DNA from: Candidatus Latescibacterota bacterium
GTDB lineage: Bacteria > Latescibacterota > UBA2968 > GCA-2709665
NCBI GenBank assembly: GCA_965226795.1
Contig: CBDDDZ010000005.1
Span: forward strand, 2,912,001 to 2,976,000
DNA: 64,000 bases
Direction: 5' to 3'
Position numbers and translations under genes: made by a program. The notes under the pieces are model-generated. The model was not told the origin of the DNA. It saw only the letters and a program-made list of their open reading frames with translations, and ran no database searches. This document shows, one piece after another, positions 61,301-64,000 of this stretch. Each line of letters opens with the position of its first letter. The stretch's first letter is position 1.

Positions 61301-64000
61301 ACCGTGATCGAGACCATGGCTGTATTGCCGTCCGCGTCGGTGGCTTTGACGGTTACCTCGTACCCGTTGTCGGCGTCGTCATCCTCGGGGCTCTCGTAGT
61401 CCCGCGAGACCATCGCCAGCACCCCGGTCGAGGCGTTGATGGTGAAGTCGTCCGCGTCGGTGCCTTCCTTACTCCAGATCACCTCCCCGATCGGCGTACC
61501 CGTCAGCGTGGGCGCCGGCGACATCCACGGCTCGTTCTCCGGCACGCTGACGACTGCCAACCCCGTGATCGACAGCGTTGCCATCTCCTGCACGTTAATA
61601 ATGGTCAGTGTGATCGCCTTTGTCGCCGTATTGTCGTCGGCATCGGTGGCCTTCACCGTCACCTCGTACCCGTTGTCGGCGGCGTCATCCTCCGGGCTCT
61701 CGTAGTCCCGTGACACCATAGACAACTGCCCCGTACTACTGTTAATCGTGAAGTCGGCCGCGTCCGTTCCCTCTTTGCTCCACGTCACCTCCCCTATCGG
61801 CGTGCCCGTCAGTGTGGGCACCGGCGACATCCACGGCGTGTTCTCCGCCACGCTCGCATCCGCCAGACCCGTTATCCCCAGCGTCGCGCTTTCCTGCACG
61901 TCCGTCACCGTCAACGCGATCGAGACCATGGCTGAATTGCCGTCGGCATCCGTGGCCCTCACCGTCACCTCGTACACATTGTCCGTGTTGGCGTCGTCAG
62001 GGTCCTCGTAATCCCGTGACACCATAGACAACTGGCCTGTACTGCTGTCAATGGAGAAGTCGGCCGCGTCCGTTCCTTCCACGCTCCATGTCACCTCACC
62101 GATCGGACCTCCCGTCAGCGACGGTGCCGGCGACGTCCACGGCGCGTTCTCCGGCACATTGGCATCCGCCAACCCCGTGATCCCCAACGTCGCACTCTCC
62201 CGCACGTCCGTCACCGTTACTGTGATCGAGGTCATCGCTGAATTGCCGTCGGCATCCGTGGCTTTGACGGTCACCTCGTAGGCGTTGTCCGTGTTCGCGT
62301 CGGCCGGTGACTCGAAGTCCTGCCCTACCATCGTCAACACCCCGGTCGAGGCGTTGATGCTAAAGTCTTGCTCGTCGGCGCCTTCCTTCGTCCACGTCAC
62401 GTCTCCTATCGGCGTGCCCATTAACGACGGCACTGACGACATCCACGGCTCATTCTCCTCCACGCTCGCGTCCGCCAACCCCGTGATCCCCAACGTCGCA
62501 CTCTCCCGCACGTCCGTCACCGTCACCGTGATCGAGACCATCGCTGTATTGTCGTCCTCGTCGGTGGCTTTGACGGTTACCTCGTAGCCGTTGTCGGTGT
62601 TCGCATCCGCCGGGCTCTCGTAGTCCCGTGACACCATCGACAACTGGCCTGCACTGCTGTCAATGGAGAAGTCGGCCGCGTCCGTTCCCTCTCTGCTCCA
62701 TGTCACCTCCCCTATCGGTGTGCCCGTCACCGACGGCACCGGCGACATCCACGCCTGATTCTCCGGCGCATTGGCATCCGCCAGCCCCGTAATCGACAGC
62801 GCTGCAAGCTCCTTCACGTTAAGGATGGTCAGTGTGATCGCCTTCGTCTTCGTATTGCCGTCCTCGTCGGTGGCTTTGACGGTCACCTCGTAGACGTTGT
62901 CCGTGTTCGCGTCGGCCGGGATCTCGTAGTTCCGTGACACCATAGACAACTGCCCCGTACTACTGTTAATCGTGAAGTCGGCCGCGTCCGTTCCCTCTTT
63001 GCTCCACGTCACGTCCCCTATCGGCGTGCCCGTTAACGACGGCACTGACGACATCCACGGCGCGTTCTCCGGCACATTGGCATCCGCCAACCCCGTGATC
63101 CCCAACGTCGCACTCTCCATCTCGTCCGTCACCGTTACTGTGATGTCCACCGTCTCCGTATTGTCGTCGGCATCCGTGGCTTTGACGGTTACCTCGTACC
63201 CGTTGTCGGCGTCGTCATCCTCCGGGCTCTCGTAATCCCGTGACACCATTGACAACTGGCCTGTAGCGCTGTTGATGGTGAAGTCTTCCCCGTCGGTGCC
63301 CTCCACACTCCAGGTTACGTCCCCGATCGGTGTGCCCGTCAGTGTGGGCACCGGCGACGTCCACGGATCGTTCTCCGGCGCATTGGCATCCGCCAACCCC
63401 GTGATCGACAGCGTCGCCTGCTCCTGCACGTTACGGATGGTCAGTGTGATCGCCTTCGTCGCCATGTTGCCGTCCTCGTCGGTGGCTTTGACGGTTACCT
63501 CGTACCCGTTGTCGGCGTCGTCATCCTCCGGGCTCTCGTAGTCCCGAGCCACCATTGACAACCGGCCTGTACTGCTGTCAATGGAGAAGTCGGCCGCGTC
63601 CGTTCCCTCTTTGCTCCAGGTCACCTCCCCGATCGGCGTACCCGTCAGCGTGGGCACGGGCGACGTCCACGGATCGTTCTCCGGCATGCTGGTGACTGCC
63701 AACCCCGTGATCGTCAGCGTCACCTGCTCCTGCACGTTAATGATGGTCAGTGTGATCGCCTTCGTCGTCGTATTGCCGTCCTCGTCGGTGGCTTTGACGG
63801 TCACCTCGTAGACGTTGTCGGCGTCGTCATCCGCCGCGCTTTCGAAGCTCCGCGCCACCATAGACAACTGCCCCGTACTACTGTTAATCGTGAAGTCGGC
63901 TGCGTCCGTTCCCTCTTTGCTCCAGGTCACGTCCCCTATCGGCGCGCCCGTCAGTGTGGGCACCGGCGACGTCCACGCCTGATTCTCCGACACATTGGCA
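58367..64000 (-). CDS. Giant surface adhesin passenger: at least 13 cadherin-like repeats, SRCR domain, Ig-like domains, Calx-beta (5' end beyond the window)
   Basis: DYESPxDxxxDNxYEVTVKATD repeats; LRLVDG..EGRLEVYHNGEWGT; DGTATAGEDY..DEGSETLTL; frame open to the window edge. Confidence 0.88.
60060..64000 (-). repeat. Tandem 306-bp (102-aa) coding repeats, 13 units in the window
   Basis: Unit markers EN(Q/D/A/E/T/L)xW recur every 102 aa; DNA periodicity of 306 (e.g. 63655 vs 63961). Confidence 0.93.

Noticed and set aside
60060..64000. Repeat array as CRISPR or non-coding repeat
   Set aside because: 306-bp in-frame coding units with no spacers; no CRISPR array or cas gene was seen in the window.

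Overview
A GC-rich bacterial chromosome segment. EF-hand/dockerin-like motifs, a FlgD-Ig/secretion C-terminal domain, a GWxTD protein and a cadherin/SRCR/Calx-beta autotransporter suggest a Latescibacterota/Gemmatimonadota-like, possibly host- or sponge-associated organism (inference only). Left end (1-4.3 kb): the end of an AbiE toxin-antitoxin locus, an orphan 3' fragment of lpdA, and an AT-rich islet of disabled secreted-protein genes interrupted by an IS630 element. Middle (4.3-53.8 kb): mostly core and envelope genes (ino1, LysR, thiI, LysM amidase, copA, thiL, eukaryotic-type hisA, RND permease, ArfB-like, S1 protein, dipeptidase, rlpA, pyrD, pyrK, a split carB, nnr, tRNA-Ser). The most interesting element is an 8.7-kb minus-strand envelope-stress cluster (20.7-29.4 kb): sigma54 promoter, pspA, 2-TM winged-helix protein, PspB-like protein, STAS lacking the phospho-Ser, an unannotated 58-aa membrane protein, ECF sigma, NfeD-like, flotillin, a soluble TPR histidine kinase, and a PspF-like activator that has gained a receiver domain and lost the PspA-contacting Trp. 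Right end (after tRNA-Ser): a frameshifted kinase-response-regulator fusion and a giant adhesin autotransporter interrupted by a 364-bp IS1380 transposase fragment. All family calls come from motif recognition; no database searches were run.
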